A DNA stretch of 64,000 bases from Bugula neritina. Taxonomy: Eukaryota; Animalia; Bryozoa. The translations under genes and the position numbers were made by a program. The notes beneath the pieces are model-generated. The model did not search any database and was not told the origin of the DNA. It worked only from the letters and a program-made list of their open reading frames with translations. The DNA lies in the NCBI GenBank assembly GCA_964035545.1, contig CAXIUT010000230.1, positions 1,550,001 to 1,614,000 on the forward strand. Direction: 5' to 3'. Below, in pieces: positions 30,601-48,900 of this stretch; the first letter of the stretch is position 1; each line of letters opens with the position of its first letter.

Positions 30601-31829
30601 CTGCAACATAGTGAAATACACTGGAACATATTGAAATACACAGCGACACATTAAATTATACTGCAACACACTGAAGTATACTGTAATACACTGAAATATA
30701 ATGCAACATACTGAATTATACTGCAACATAATGCAACATACTGAAATACACTACAACATACTGCAACATACTGAAATACACTGTGATACACTGAAATACA
30801 CTGCAACATACTGCAATATACTGCAACATACTGAAATAAACTGAGACACATTAAAATATACCGCAACATACTGAAATATACTGCAACATACTGCAACATA
30901 CTAAAATACACTGCAACATACTGCAACATACTGAAATACACTGGAACATATTGAAATACACTGCGAAACATTAAAATATACTGCAACACACTGAAACATA
31001 GGGCAACATACCGAAGTATACTGCGAAACCTTGAAAAATACTGCAACATACTGAAATATACTGCAAGTGGTGCAACATACTCTAATTCACTGTGACACAC
31101 TGAAATACACTGCAACATACTGCAACATACTGAAATACACTGGAACTTACTGAAATATACTGCGACACATTAAAATATACAGTAACATACTGAAATATAC
31201 TTCAACATACTGCAACATACTGAAATACACTGCAACACCTTGAAAAATACTGCAACATACTTAAACATACGACAACATACTAAAATACACTATAACATAT
31301 TGAAATATACTGCAACATACTCAAATACACTATAACATATTGAAATATACTGCAACATACTGAATTACACTCTAACAAACCGAAATATGCTGTAGCATAC
31401 TGAATTACACTGCAACACACTGAAGTATACTGTAATATACTGAAATGTACTGCGACATACTGAATTATAATGCAACATACTGCAGCATACTGAAATACAC
31501 TGTAACATAATGAAATATGCTGTAGCACACTGAAATACACTGCAACACACTGAAGTATACTGTAATATACTGAAATGTACTGCAACATACTGGAATATAC
31601 TGTAACACACTGAAATATACTCTAACATACCGAAATACACTGTAACATACTGAAATAAACTGCAACATACTGCAACATACTGAAATACACTTGAACATAA
31701 TGAAATACACTGAAACACATTGAATTATACTGCAACCTACCAAAATGAATGGTAAACGAGTGAAATATACTGTAACATAATGAAACATACCGGAACATAC
31801 TGTAACATAATAAAATATACTGTAACACA

Positions 31830-34800
31830 CTGAAATATGCTACAAGATACTGAAATATACTGTAACATACTGAAACGTACGCACCATACTGAAATACGCT
31901 GCAACATACTGAAATATACTGCAAGATACTGTAACATACTGAAATACACTGAAATACACTGTAACATATTAAAATACATTGCAAAACATCGAAATATACT
32001 ACAACATACTGAAATATGCTGTAGCATACTGAAAGACACTACAACTCAATGAAGGATAGTGTGATATACGGAAATGTACTGCAACATGCCCAAATATACT
32101 GCAACACACTGAAACATGAGGCAACATACTGAAATATACTGCGATGCATTGAAGTATACTGCAACATACTAAAATATACTGCAACATACTGCGACATCCT
32201 AAAATACACTGTAACATACTGAAACACACTGCAACACCTTGAAAAATACTGCAACATACTTAAACATACGGCAACATACTAAAATACACTATAACATATT
32301 GAACTATACTGCAACATACTGAAATACACTATAACATATTGAAATATACTGCAACATACTGATTTACACTCTAACAAACTGAAATATGCTGTAGCATACT
32401 GAATTACACTGCAACACACTAAAGTGTACTGTAACATACTGAAATGTGCTGCGACATACTGACTTATACTGCAACATACTGCAACATACTGAAATACACT
32501 GTAACATAATGAAATATGCTGTAGCACACTGAAATACACTGCAACACACTGAAGTATACTGTAATATACTGAAATGTACTGCAACATACTGAAATACACT
32601 GTAACATACTGAAATAAACTGCAACATACTGCAACATACTGAATTACACTTGAACATAATGAAATATACTGAAACACATTGAAATATACTCCAACATACC
32701 GAAGTATAATGTAATACACTGAAATATAATGCAACATACTGAAATGTACTGCAACACACTGAAATATGCTGTAGCATATTGAAAGACACTACAACTCACT
32801 GAAGTATAGTGTAATATACGGGAATGTACTGCAACATGCCGAAATAAACTGCAACATACTGAAATACACTGGAGCATATTGATATGCACTGCAACACATT
32901 GAAATATACTGCAACACACTGAAACATAAGGCAACATAGTGAAATATACTGCGACACATTGAAATATACTGCAACATACTAAAATATACTGCAACATACT
33001 GCAGCATCCTAAAATACACTGTAACATACTGAAATACACTGCAACACCTTGAAAAATACTGCAACATACTTAAACATACTGCAACATACAACCTACTGAA
33101 ATATACTGCAACATACTAAAATACACTATAACGTATTGAAATATACTGCAACATACTGAAATACACTATAACATATTGAAATATGCTGTAGCATACTGAA
33201 ATACACTGCCACACACTGAAGTATACTGTAATATAGAGAAATGTACTGTAACATACAGAAACACACGGCAACATATTGAAATGTACTGCAACATACTGAA
33301 ATATACTGCAACATACTGAAACGTACGCAACATACTGAAATACGCTGCAACATACTGTAATATACTGCAAGATACTGCAAAACACTGAGTACACTGTGTC
33401 ATACTGAAATACACTGCAACATACTGCAAGATATTGCTACATACTGAATTACACTGTAACATATTGAAATACACTGCATCATACTGCAACATACTGAAAT
33501 ACACTGAAACATATTGATATACACCGCAACACATTGAAATATACTGCAACACACTGAAACGTAAGGCAACATACTGAAATATACTGCGACACATTGAAAT
33601 ATACTGCAACATACTAGAATATACTCCAACATACTGCAACTTCCTAAAATACACTGTAACATACTGAAATACACTGCATTACATTGATAATTACTGCAAC
33701 ATACTGAAACATACGGCAACATACTGAAATATACTGCAACATACTGAAATACACTATAACATATTGAAATATACTGCAACATACTGAAATACACTATAAC
33801 ATATTGAAATATGCTGTAGCATACTGAATTACACTGCAACAAACTGGTGTATACTGTTATATACCGAAATGTACTGTAACATACTGAAACATACGGCAAC
33901 ATACTGAAATGTACTGAAACATACTGAAATATAATGCAACAAACTGCAACGTACTGATATACACTGTATCATAATGAAATACACTGCAACACATGGGAAT
34001 ATACTGCAACACACCTAAATATACGGTAATATACTGAAATAAACTGTCACACAATGAAACATACCGGAATATACTGCAACATAATGAAATATACTGTAGC
34101 ACACTGAAATATGCTACAAGATACTGAAATATACTGTAACATACTGAAACGTATGCAACATACTGAAATACGCTGCAACATACTGAAATATACTGCAAGA
34201 TACTGTAACATACTGAAATACACTGAAATACACTGTAACATATTAAAATGCATTGCAAAACATCGAAATATACTACAACTTACTGAAATATGCTGTAGCA
34301 TACTGAAAGACACTACAACTCAATGAAGGATAGTGTGATATACGGAAATGTACAGCAACATGCCCAAATATACTGCAACACACTGAAACATGAGGCAACA
34401 TACTGAAATAGACTGCGATGCATTGAAGTATACTGCAACATACTAAAATATACTGCAACATACTGCGACATCCTAAAATACACTGTAACATACTGAAACA
34501 CACTGCAACACCGTGAAAAATACTGCAACATACTTAAACATACGGCAACATACTAAAATACACTATAACATATTGAAATATACTGCAACATACTGAAATA
34601 GACTAAAACATATTGAAATATACTGCAACATACTGATTTACACTCTAACAAACTGAAATATGCTGTAGCATACTGAATTACACTGCAACACACTAAAGTG
34701 TACTGTAACATACTGAAATGTGCTGCGACATACTGACTTATACTGCAACATACTGCAACATACTGAAATACACTGTAACATAATGAAATATGCTGTAGCA

Positions 34801-37800
34801 CACTGAAATACACTGCAACACACTGAAGTATACTGTAATATACTGAAATGTACTGCAACATACTGAAATACACTGGAGCATATTGATATGCACTGCAACA
34901 CATTGAAATATACTGCAACACACTGAAACATAAGGCAACATAGTGAAATATACTGCGACACATTGAAATATACTGCAACATACTAAAATATACTGCAACA
35001 TACTGCAGCATCCTAAAATACACTGTAACATACTGAAATACACTGCAACACCTTGAAAAATACTGCAACATACTTAAACATACTGCAACATACAACCTAC
35101 TGAAATATACTGCAACATACTAAAATACACTATAACGTATTGAAATATACTGCAACATACTGAAATACACTATAACATATTGAAATATGCTGTAGCATAC
35201 TGAAATACACTGCCACACACTGAAGTATACTGTAATATAGAGAAATGTACTGTAACATACAGAAACACACGGCAACATATTGAAATGTACTGCAACATAC
35301 TGAAATATACTGCAACATACTGAAACGTACGCAACATACTGAAATACGCTGCAACATACTGTAATATACTGCAAGATACTGCAAAACACTGAGTACACTG
35401 TGTCATACTGAAATACACTGCAACATACTGCAAGATATTGCTACATACTGAATTACACTGTAACATATTGAAATACACTGCATCATACTGCAACATACTG
35501 AAATACACTGAAACATATTGATATACACCGCAACACATTGAAATATACTGCAACACACTGAAACGTAAGGCAACATACTGAAATATACTGCGACACATTG
35601 AAATATACTGCAACATACTAGAATATACTCCAACATACTGCAACTTCCTAAAATACACTGTAACATACTGAAATACACTGCATTACATTGATAATTACTG
35701 CAACATACTGAAACATACGGCAACATATTGAAATATACTGCAACATACTGAAATACACTATAACATATTGAAATATACTGCAACATACTGAAATACACTA
35801 TAACATATTGAAATATGCTGTAGCATACTGAATTACACTGCAACAAACTGGTGTATACTGTTATATACAGAAATGTACTGTAACATACTGAAACATACGG
35901 CAACATACTGAAATGTACTGAAACATACTGAAATATAATGCAACAAACTGCAACGTACTGATATACACTGTATCATAATGAAATACACTGCAACACATGG
36001 GAATATACTGCAACACACCTAAATATACGGTAATATACTGAAATAAACTGTCACACAATGAAACATACCGGAATATACTGCAACATAATGAAATATACTG
36101 TAGCACACTGAAATATGCTACAAGATACTGAAATATACTGTAACATACTGAAACGTACGCAACATACTGAAATACGCTGCAACATACTGAAATATACTGC
36201 AAGATACTGTAACATACTGAAATACACTGAAATACACTGTAACATATTAAAATGCATTGCAAAACATCGAAATATACTACAACTTACTGAAATATGCTGT
36301 AGCATACTGAAAGACACTACAACTCAATGAAGGATAGTGTGATATACGGAAATGTACAGCAACATGCCCAAATATACTGCAACACACTGAAACATGAGGC
36401 AACATACTGAAATAGACTGCGATGCATTGAAGTATACTGCAACATACTAAAATATACTGCAACATACTGCGACATCCTAAAATACACTGTAACATACTGA
36501 AACACACTGCAACACCGTGAAAAATACTGCAACATACTTAAACATACGGCAACATACTAAAATACACTATAACATATTGAAATATACTGCAACATACTGA
36601 AATAGACTATAACATATTGAAATATACTGCAACATACTGATTTACACTCTAACAAACTGAAATATGCTGTAGCATACTGAATTACACTGCAACACACTAA
36701 AGTGTACTGTAACATACTGAAATGTGCTGCGACATACTGACTTATACTGCAACATACTGCAACATACTGAAATACACTGTAACATAATGAAATATGCTGT
36801 AGCACACTGAAATACACTGCAACACACTGAAGTATACTGTAATATACTGAAATGTACTGCAACATACCGAAATACACTGTAACATACTGAAATAAACTGC
36901 AACATACTGCAACATACTGAATTACACTTGAACATAATGAAATACACTGAAACACATTGAAATATACTCCAACATACCGAAGTATAATGTAATACACTGA
37001 AATATAATGCAACATACTGAAATGTACTGCAACATACTGAAATATGCTGTAGCATATTGAAAGACACTACAACCCACTGAAGTATAGTGTAATACACGGG
37101 AATGTACTGCAACATGCCGAAATAAACTGCAACATACTGAAATACACTGGAACATATTGATATGCACTGCAACACATTGAAATATACTGCAACACACTGA
37201 AACATAAGGCAACATAGTGAAATATACTGCGACACATTGAAATATACTGCAACATACTAAAATATACTGCAACATACTGCAGCATCCTAAAATACACTGT
37301 AACATACTGAAATACACTGCAACACCTTGAAAAATACTGCAACATACTTAAACATACTGCAACATACAACCTACTGAAATATACTGCAACATACTAAAAT
37401 ACACTATAACGTATTGAAATATACTGCAACATACTGAAATACACTATAACATATTGAAATATGCTGTAGCATACTGAAATACACTGCCACACACTGAAGT
37501 ATACTGTAATATAGAGAAATGTACTGTAACATACTGAAACACACGGCAACATATTGAAATGTACTGTAACATACTGAAATATACTGCAACATACTGAAAC
37601 GTACGCAACATACTGAAATACGCTGCAACATACTGTAATATACTGCAAGATACTGCAAAACACTGAGTACACTGTGTCATACTGAAATACACTGCAACAT
37701 GCTGCAAGATATTGCTACATACTGAATTACACTGTAACATATTGAAATACACTGCATCATACTGCAACATACTGAAATACACTGAAACACATTGAAATAT

Positions 37801-38310
37801 ACTGCAACACACTGAAACGTAAGGCAACATACTGAAATATACTGCGACACATTGAAATATACTGCAACATACTAGAATATACTCCAACATTCTGCAACTT
37901 CCTAAAATACACTGTAACATACTGAAATACACTGCATTACATTGATAATTACTGCAACATACTGAAACATACGGCAACATACTGAAATATACTGCAACAT
38001 ACTGAAATACACTATAACATATTGAAATATACTGCAACATACTGAAATACACTATAACATATTGAAATATGCTGTAGCATACTGAATTACACTGCAACAA
38101 ACTGGTGTATACTGTTATATACAGAAATGTACTGTAACATACTGAAACATACGGCAACATACTGAAATGTACTGAAACATACAGAAATATAATGCAACAA
38201 ACTGCAACGTACTGATATACACTGTATCATAATGAAATACACTGCAACACATGGGAATATACTGCAACACACCTAAATATACGGTAATATACTGAAATAT
38301 ACTGTCACAC
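31830..38310. repeat. Higher-order repeat family 3 (2004/2274 bp, about three copies)
   Basis: Offsets +2274 (32039/34313, 35120/37394) and +2004 (33116/35120, 34553/36557). Short monomers sum to -6 bp per unit. Confidence 0.85.
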
Positions 38311-38314
38311 AATG

Positions 38315-41300
38315 AAACATACTCTAACATACCGAAATAGACTGTAACATACTGAAATATACTGCAACATACTGAAATGTACTGCAACATACTGAAATAT
38401 GCTGTAGCATATTGAAAGACACTACAACTCACTGAAGTATAGTGTAATATACGGGAATGTACTGCAACATGCCGAAATAAACTGGAACATACTGAAATAC
38501 ACTGGAACATATTGATATGCACTGCAACACATTGAAATATACTGCAACACACTGAAACATAATGCAACATAGTGAAATATACTGCGACACATTGAAATAT
38601 ACTGCAACATACTAAAATATACTGCAACATACTGCAGCATCCTAAAATACACTGTAACGTACTGAAATACACTGCAACACCTTGAAAAATACTGCAACAT
38701 ACTTAAACATACTGCAACATACAACCTACTGAAATATACTGCAACATACTAAAATACACTATAACGTATTGAAACATACTGCAACATACTGAAATACACT
38801 ATAACATATTGAAATATGCTGTAGCATACTGAAATACACTGCCACACACTGAAGTATACTGTAATATACAGAAATGTACTGTAACATACTGAAACACACG
38901 GCAACATACTGAAATGTACTGCAACATACTGAAATATACTGCAACATACTGAAACGTACGCAACATACTGAAATACGCTTCAACATACTGTAATATACTG
39001 CAAGATACTGCAAAACACTGAGTACACTGTGTCATGCTGAAATACACTGCAACATACTGCAAGATATTGCTACATACTGAATTACACTGTAACATATTGA
39101 AATACACTGCATGATACTGCAACATACTGAAATACACTGAAACATATTGATATACACTGCAACACATTGAAATATACTGCAACACACTGAAACGTAAGGC
39201 AACATACTGAAATATACTGCGACACATTGAAATATACTGCAACATACTAGAATATACTCCAACATACTGCAACTTCCTAAAATACACTGTAACATACTGA
39301 AATACACTGCATTACATTGAAAATTACTGCAACATACTGAAACATACGGCAACATACTGAAATATACTGCAACATACTGAAATACACTATAACATATTGA
39401 AATATACTGCAACATACTGAAATACACTATAACATATTGAAATATGCTGTAGCATAGTGAAATACACTGCAACAAACTGGTGTATACTGTTATATACAGA
39501 AATGTACTGTAACATACTGAAACATACGGCAACATACTGAAATGTACTGAAACATACTGAAATATAATGCAACAAACTGCAACGTACTGATATACACTGA
39601 ACCATAATGAAATACACTGCAACACATGGGAATATACAGCAACACACCTAATTATACGGTAATATACTGAAATATACTGTCACACAATGAAACATACCGG
39701 AATATACTGCAACATAATGAAATATACTGTAGCACACTGAAATATACTTCACGATACAGAAATATACTGTAACATACTGAAATGTCTGCAACATACTGGA
39801 GTACACTGCAACATAGTGATTTATACTGCAACATACTGAAATTCACTGTAACATTTTGAATTACACTGCAGCATCCTCCAACATCCTGAAATACAATGTA
39901 ACAATTGAAATACACTGCAAAACATCGAAATATACTGCAACACACTGAAATATACTTAAACATACAGAAATATACTGCAACATACAGAAATATACTGCAA
40001 CAGACTGCAACATACTGAGAGACAGTGTAACATACTGAAATAGACTGCAACACATTGGAATATACTGCAACATACTGAAATATGCTGCCACACACTGAAG
40101 TATACTGTAATATACAGAAATGTACTGTAACATACTGTAACATACTGAAACATACGGCAAAATACTGAAATGTACTGCAACATACTGAAATATACTGCAA
40201 CAAAGTGCAACATACTGAAATACACTGTAACATATTGAAATACACTGCGACACATTAAAATATACTGCAACACACTGAAACATACGGCAACCTGCCGAAT
40301 TATACTGCGATACGTTGAAATATACTGCAACATACTGAAATATATTGCAAGTGGTGCAACATACTGAAATACACTGTGACACACTGAAATACACTGCAAC
40401 ATACTGAAACATACTGCAACATTATGAAATACACTGTAACATATTGAAATACACTGCAACATACTGCAACATACTGAAATACACTGGAACTTACTGAAAT
40501 ATACTGCGACACTTTAAAATACACTGTAACATACTGAAATATACTTCAACATACTGCAACATACTAAAATACACTGTAACATACTGAAATACATTGCAAC
40601 ACATTGAAATATACTGCAACATACTGAAACATACTGCAACATACTGAAATATACTGCAACATACTGAATTACACTATAACATATTGAAATATAATGCAAC
40701 ATACTGAATAACACTCTAACATACTGAACTAGGCTGTAGCATACTGAAATACACTGCCACACACTGAAGTATACTGTAATATACAGAAATGTAATGTAAC
40801 ATACTGAAACACACGGCAACATACTGAAATGTACTGTAACATACTGAAATATACTGCAACGTAGTGCAACGTACTGAAATACACTGTAACATAATGAATT
40901 ACATTGCAACACATTAAAACATACTGCAACATAATGAAACATACTGCAACATACTGAAATATACTGCAACATACTGAATTACACTCTAACATACTGAAAT
41001 ATGCTCTAGCATACTGAAATACACTGCAACACAGTGGAGTATACTGTAATACACTGAAATGTTATGCAACGTACTGAAAAATAATGCAACGCGTTGAATT
41101 ACACTATAACATACTGAAATATACCGAACATACTGAAATGTAGTGTAATATACAGAAATGAACTGTAACATACTGAATTATACTGTAACACACTGAAACA
41201 TACTCTAACATACCGAAATAGACTGTAACATACTGAAATATACTGCAACATACTGAAATGTACTGCAACATACTGAAATATGCTGTAGCATATTGAAAGA

Positions 41301-42960
41301 CACTACAACTCACTGAAGTATAGTGTAATATACGGGAATGTACTGCAACATGCCGAAATAAACTGGAACATACTGAAATACACTGGAACATATTGATATG
41401 CACTGCAACACATTGAAATATACTGCAACACACTGAAACATAAGGCAACATAGTGAAATATACTGCGACACATTGAAATATACTGCAACATACTAAAATA
41501 TACTGCAACATACTGCAGCATCCTAAAATACACTGTAACATACTGAAATACACTGCAACACCTTGAAAAATACTGCAACATACTTAAACATACTGCAACA
41601 TACAACCTACTGAAATATACTGCAACATACTAAAATACACTATAACGTATTGAAACATACTGCAACATACTGAAATACACTATAACATATTGAAATATGC
41701 TGTAGCATACTGAAATACACTGCCACACACTGAAGTATACTGTAATATACAGAAATGTACTGTAACATACTGAAACACACGGCAACATACTGAAATGTAC
41801 TGCAACATACTGAAATATACTGCAACATACTGAAACGTACGCAACATACTGAAATACGCTTCAACATACTGTAATATACTGCAAGATACTGCAAAACACT
41901 GAGTACACTGTGTCATACTGAAATACACTGCAACATACTGCAAGATATTGCTACATACTGAATTACACTGTAACATATTGAAATACACTGCATCATACTG
42001 CAACATACTGAAATACACTGAAACATATTGATATACACTGCAACACATTGAAATATACTGCAACACACTGAAACGTAAGGCAACATACTGAAATATACTG
42101 CGACACATTGAAATATACTGCAACATACTAGAATATACTCCAACATACTGCAACTTCCTAAAATACACTGTAACATACTGAAATACACTGCATTACATTG
42201 AAAATTACTGCAACATACTGAAACATACGGCAACATACTGAAATATACTGCAACATACTGAAATACACTATAACATATTGAAATATACTGCAACATACTG
42301 AAATACACTATAACATATTGAAATATGCTGTAGCATACTGAAATACACTGCAACAAACTGGTGTATACTGTTATATACAGAAATGTACTGTAACATACTG
42401 AAACATACAGCAACATACTGAAATGTACTGAAACATACTGAAATATAATGCAACAAACTGCAACGTACTGATATACACTGATCCATAATGAAATACACTG
42501 CAACACATGGGAATATACTGCAACACACCTAATTATACGGTAATATACTGAAATATACTGTCACACAATGAAACATACCGGAATATACTGCAACATAATG
42601 AAATATACTGTAGCACACTGAAATATACTTCACGATACAGAAATATACTGTAACATACTGAAATGTCTGCAACATACTGGAGTACACTGCAACATAGTGA
42701 TTTATACTGCAACATACTGAAATTCACTGTAACATTTTGAATTACACTGCAGCATACTCCAACATCCTGAAATACAATGTAACAATTGAAATACACTGCA
42801 AAACATCGAAATATACTGCAACACACTGAAATATACTTAAACATACAGAAATATACTGCAACATACAGAAATATACTGCAACAGACTGCAACATACTGAG
42901 AAACAGTGTAACATACTGAAATAGACTGCAACACATTGGAATATACTGCAACATACTGAA
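38315..42960. repeat. Higher-order repeat family 2, second block (2881 bp)
   Basis: Offsets +2881 (38759/41640, 39652/42533); matches the first block at +17580. Confidence 0.85.
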
Positions 42961-45900
42961 ATATGCTGTAGCACACTGAAAAACACTACAACTCACTGAA
43001 GTATGGTGTAATATACGGAAAAGTACTATGACATGCCGAAATATACCGCAACATACTGAAATACACTACAACATACTGCAACATACTGAAATACACTGGA
43101 ACATATTGAAATACACTGCGACACATTGAATTATACTGCATCATACTGAAGTATACTGTAATACACTGAAATATAATGTAACATACTGAATTATACTGCA
43201 ACTTAATGCAACATACTGAAATACACTACAACATACTGCAACATACTGAAATACACTGTGATACACTGAAATACACGGCAACATACTGCAATATACTGCA
43301 ACATACTGAAGTAAACTGAGACACATTAAAATATACCGCAACCTACTGAAATATACTGCAACATACTGCAACATACTAAAATACCCTGCAACATACTGCA
43401 ACATACTGAAATACACTGGAACATATTTAAATACACTGCGAAACATTAAAATATACTGCAACACACTGAAACATAGGGCAACATACCGAAGTATACTGCG
43501 ACACGTTGAAAAATACTGCAACATACTGAAATATACAGCAAATGGTGCAACATACTGAAATACAATGTGACACACTGGAATACACTGCAACATACTGCAA
43601 CATACTGAAATACACTGGAACTTACTGAAATATACTGCGACATATTAAAATATACAGTAACATACCGAAATATACTTCAACATACTGCAACATACTAAAA
43701 TACACTGTAACATACCGAAATACATTGCAACACATTGAAATATACTGCAACATACTGAAACATACTGCAACATACTGAAATATACTGCAACATACTGAAT
43801 TACACTATAACATATTGAAATATACCTCAACATACTGAATTACACTCTAACAAACTGAAATATGCTGTAGCATACTGAATTACACTGCAACACACTGAAG
43901 TATACTGTAATATACTGAAATGTACTGCGACATACTGAATTATACTGCAACATACTGCAACATTCTGAAATACACTGTAACATAATGAAATATGCTTTAG
44001 CAGACTGAAATACACTGCAACACACTGAAGTATACTGTAATATACTGAAATGTACTGCAACATACTGGAATATACTGTAACACACTGAAATATACTCTAA
44101 CATACCAAAATACACTGCAACACATTGAAATATACTGCAACATACCAAAACGAATGGTAAACTAGTGAAATATACTGTAACATAATGAAACATACCGGAA
44201 CATACTGCAACATAATAAAATATACTGTAACACACTGAAATATGCTACAAGATGCTGAAACATACTGTAACATACTGAAACGTACGCAACATACTGAAAT
44301 ACGCTGCAACATACTGAAATATACTGCAAGATACTGCAACATACTGAAATACACTGAAATACACTGTAACCTATTGATCTACATTGCAAAACATCGAAAT
44401 ACACTGCAACATACTAAAATATGCTGTAGCATACTGAAAGACACTACAACTCACAGAAGGATAGTGTGATATACGGAAATGTATCGCAACATGCCCAAAT
44501 ATACTGCAACACACTGAAATATAAGGCAACATACTGAAATATTTTGCGAAGCATTGAAATATACTGCAACATGCTAAAATATACTGCAAAATACTGCAAC
44601 ATCCTAAAATACACTGTAACATACTGAAATACACTGCAACACCTTGAAAAAGACTGCAACATACCTAAACATACAGCAACATACTAAAATACACTATAAC
44701 ATATTGAAATATACTGCAACATACTGAAATACACTATAACATATTGAAATATGCTGTAGCATACTGAAATATGCTGCCACACACTGAAGTATACTGTAAT
44801 ATACAGAAATGTACTGTAACATACTGTAACATACTGAAACATACGGCAAAATACTGAAATGTACTGCAACATACTGAAATATACTGCAACAAAGTGCAAC
44901 ATACTGAAATACACTGTAACATATTGAAATACACTGCGACACATTAAAATATACTGCAACACACTGAAACATACGGCAACCTGCCGAATTATACTGCGAC
45001 ACGTTGAAAAATACTGCAACATACTGAAATATACTGCAAGTGGTGCAACATACTGAAATACACTGTGACACACTGAAATACACTGCAACATACTGCAACA
45101 TACTGCAACATACTGAAATACACTGTAACATATTGAAATACACTGCAACATACTGCAACATACTGAAATACACTGGAACTTACTGAAATATACTGCGACA
45201 CTTTAAAATATACTCTAACAAACTGAAATATACTTCAACATACTGCAACATACTAAAATACACTGTAACATACTGAAATACATTGCAACACATTGAAATA
45301 TACTGCAACATACTGAAACATACTGCAACATACTGAAATATACTGCAACATACTGAATTACACTATAACATATTGAAATATAATGCAACATACTGAATAA
45401 CACTCTAACATACTGAACTAGGCTGTAGCATACTGAAATACACTGCCACACACTGAAGTATACTGTAATATACAGAAATGTAATGTAACATACTGAAACA
45501 CACGGCAACATACTGAAATGTACTGTAACATACTGAAATATACTGCAATGTAGTGCAACGTACTGAAATACACTGTAACATAATGAATTACATTGCAACA
45601 CCTTTAAACATACTGCAACATAATGAAACATACTGCAACATACTGAAATATACTGCAACATACTGAAACGTACGCAACATACTGAAATATGCTCTAGCAT
45701 ACTGAAATACACTGCAACACAGTGGAGTATACTGTAATACACTGAAATGTTACGCAACGTACTGAAAAATAATGCAACGCGCTGAATTACACTATAACAT
45801 ACTGAAATGTACCGCAACATACTGAAATGTAGTGTAATATACAGAAATGAACTGTAACATACTGAATTATACTGTAACACATTGAAACATACTCTAACAT

Positions 45901-48900
45901 ACCGAAATAGACTGTAACATACTGAAACATACGGCAAAATACTGAAATGTACTGCAACATACTGAAATATACTGCAACAAAGTGCAACATACTGAAATAC
46001 ACTGTAACATATTGAAATACACTGCGACACATTAAAATATACTGCAACACACTGAAACATACGGCAACCTGCCGAATTATACTGCGACACGTTGAAAAAT
46101 ACTGCAACATACTGAAATATACTGCAAGTGGTGCAACATACTGAAATACACTGTGACACACTGAAATACACTGCAACATACTGCAACATACTGCAACATA
46201 CTGAAATACACTGTAACATATTGAAATACACTGCAACATACTGCAACATACTGAAATACACTGGAACTTACTGAAATATACTGCGACACTTTAAAATATA
46301 CTCTAACAAACTGAAATGTACTTCAACATACTGCAACATACTAAAATACACTGTAACATACTGAAATACATTGCAACACATTGAAATATACTGCAACATA
46401 CTGAAACATACTGCAACATACTGAAATATACTGCAACATACTGAATTACACTATAACATATTGAAATATAATGCAACATACTGAATAACACTCTAACATA
46501 CTGAACTAGGCTGTAGCATACTGAAATACACTGCCACACACTGAAGTATACTGTAATATACAGAAATGTAATGTAACATACTGAAACACACGGCAACATA
46601 CTGAAATGTACTGTAACATACTGAAATATACTGCAATGTAGTGCAACGTACTGAAATACACTGTAACATAATGAATTACATTGCAACACCTTTAAACATA
46701 CTGCAACATAATGAAACATACTGCAACATACTGAAATATACTGCAACATACTGAAACGTACGCAACATACTGAAATATGCTCTAGCATACTGAAATACAC
46801 TGCAACACAGTGGAGTATACTGTAATACACTGAAATGTTACGCAACGTACTGAAAAATAATGCAACGCGCTGAATTACACTATAACATACTGAAATGTAC
46901 CGCAACATACTGAAATGTAGTGTAATATACAGAAATGAACTGTAACATACTGAATTATACTGTAACACATTGAAACATACTCTAACATACCGAAATAGAC
47001 TGTAACATACTGAAATATACTGCAACACACTGAAATGTACTGCAACATACTGAAATATGCTGTAGCATATTGAAAGACACTACAACTCACTGAAGTATAG
47101 TGTAATATACGGGAATGTACTGCAACATGCCGAAATAAACTGCAACATACTGAAATACACTGGAACATATTGATATGCACTGCAACACATTGAAATATAC
47201 TGCAACACACTGAAACATAAGGCAACATAGTGAAATATACTGCGACACATTGGAATATACTGCAACATACTGAAATATGCTGTAGCACACTGAAAAACAC
47301 TACAACTCACTGAAGTATGGTGTAATATACGGAAAAGTACTGTGACATGCCGAAATATACCGCAACATACTGAAATACACTACAACATAATGCAACATAC
47401 TGAAATACACTGGAACATATTGAAATACACTGCGACACATTGAATTATACTGCAACATACTGAAGTATACTGTAATACACTGAAATATAATGCAACATAC
47501 TGAATTATACTGCAACTTAATGCAACATACTGAAATACACTACAACATACTGCAACATACTGAAATACACTGTGATACACTGAAATACACTGCAACATAC
47601 TGCAATATACTGCAACATAGTGAAGTAAACTGAGACACATTAAAATATACCGCAACCTACTGAAATATACTGCAACATACTGCAACATACTAAAATACCC
47701 TGCAACATACTGCAACATACTGAAATACACTGGAACATATTGAAATACACTGCGAAACATTAAAATATACTGCAACACACTGAAACATAGGGCAACATAC
47801 CGAAGTATACTGCGACACGTTGAAAAATACTGCAACATACTGAAATATACTGCAAATGGTGCAACATACTGAAATACAATGTGACACACTGGAATACACT
47901 GCAACATACTGCAACATACTGAAATACACTGGAACTTACTGAAATATACTGCGACATATTAAAATATACAGTAACATACCGAAATATACTTCAACATACT
48001 GCAACATACTAAAATACACTGTAACATACTGAAATACATTGCAACACATTGAAATATACTGCAACATACTGAAACATACTGCAACATATTGAAATATACT
48101 GCAACATACTGAATTACACTATAACATATTGAAATATACTGCAACATACTGAATTACACTCTAACAAACTGAAATATGCTGTAGCATACTGAATTACACT
48201 GCAACACACTGAAGTATACTGTAATATACTGAAATGTACTGCGACATACTGAATTATACTGCAGCATACTGCAACATTCGGAAATACACTGTAACATAAT
48301 GAAATATGCTGTAGCAGACTGAAATACACTGCAACACACTGAAGTATACTGTAATATACTGAAATGTACTGCAACATACTGAAATATACTGCAACATACT
48401 GAATTACACTATAACATATTGAAATATACCTCAACATACTGAATTACACTCTAACAAACTGAAATATGCTGTAGCATACTGAATTACACTGCAACACACT
48501 GAAGTATACTGTAATATACTGAAATGTACTGCGACATACTGAATTATACTGCAACATACTGCAACATTCTGAAATACACTGTAACATAATGAAATATGCT
48601 TTAGCAGACTGAAATACACTGCAACACACTGAAGTATACTGTAATATACTGAAATGTACTGCAACATACTGGAATATACTGTAACACACTGAAATATACT
48701 CTAACATACCAAAATACACTGCAACACATTGAAATATACTGCAACATACCAAAATGAATGGTAAACTAGTGAAATATACTGTAACATAATGAAACATACC
48801 GGGACATACTGCAACATAATAAAATATACTGTAACACACTGAAATATGCTACAAGATGCTGAAACATACTGTAACATACTGAAACGTACGCAACATACTG

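Noticed and set aside
44452-44465. Satellite variant CACAGAAGGATAGT resembling the TIR start CACAGGATAGT
   Set aside because: It is explained by two point changes from the in-register paralog CACTGAAGTATAGT, with the intermediate CACTGAAGGATAGT present at ~13346. The resemblance is best treated as coincidence.
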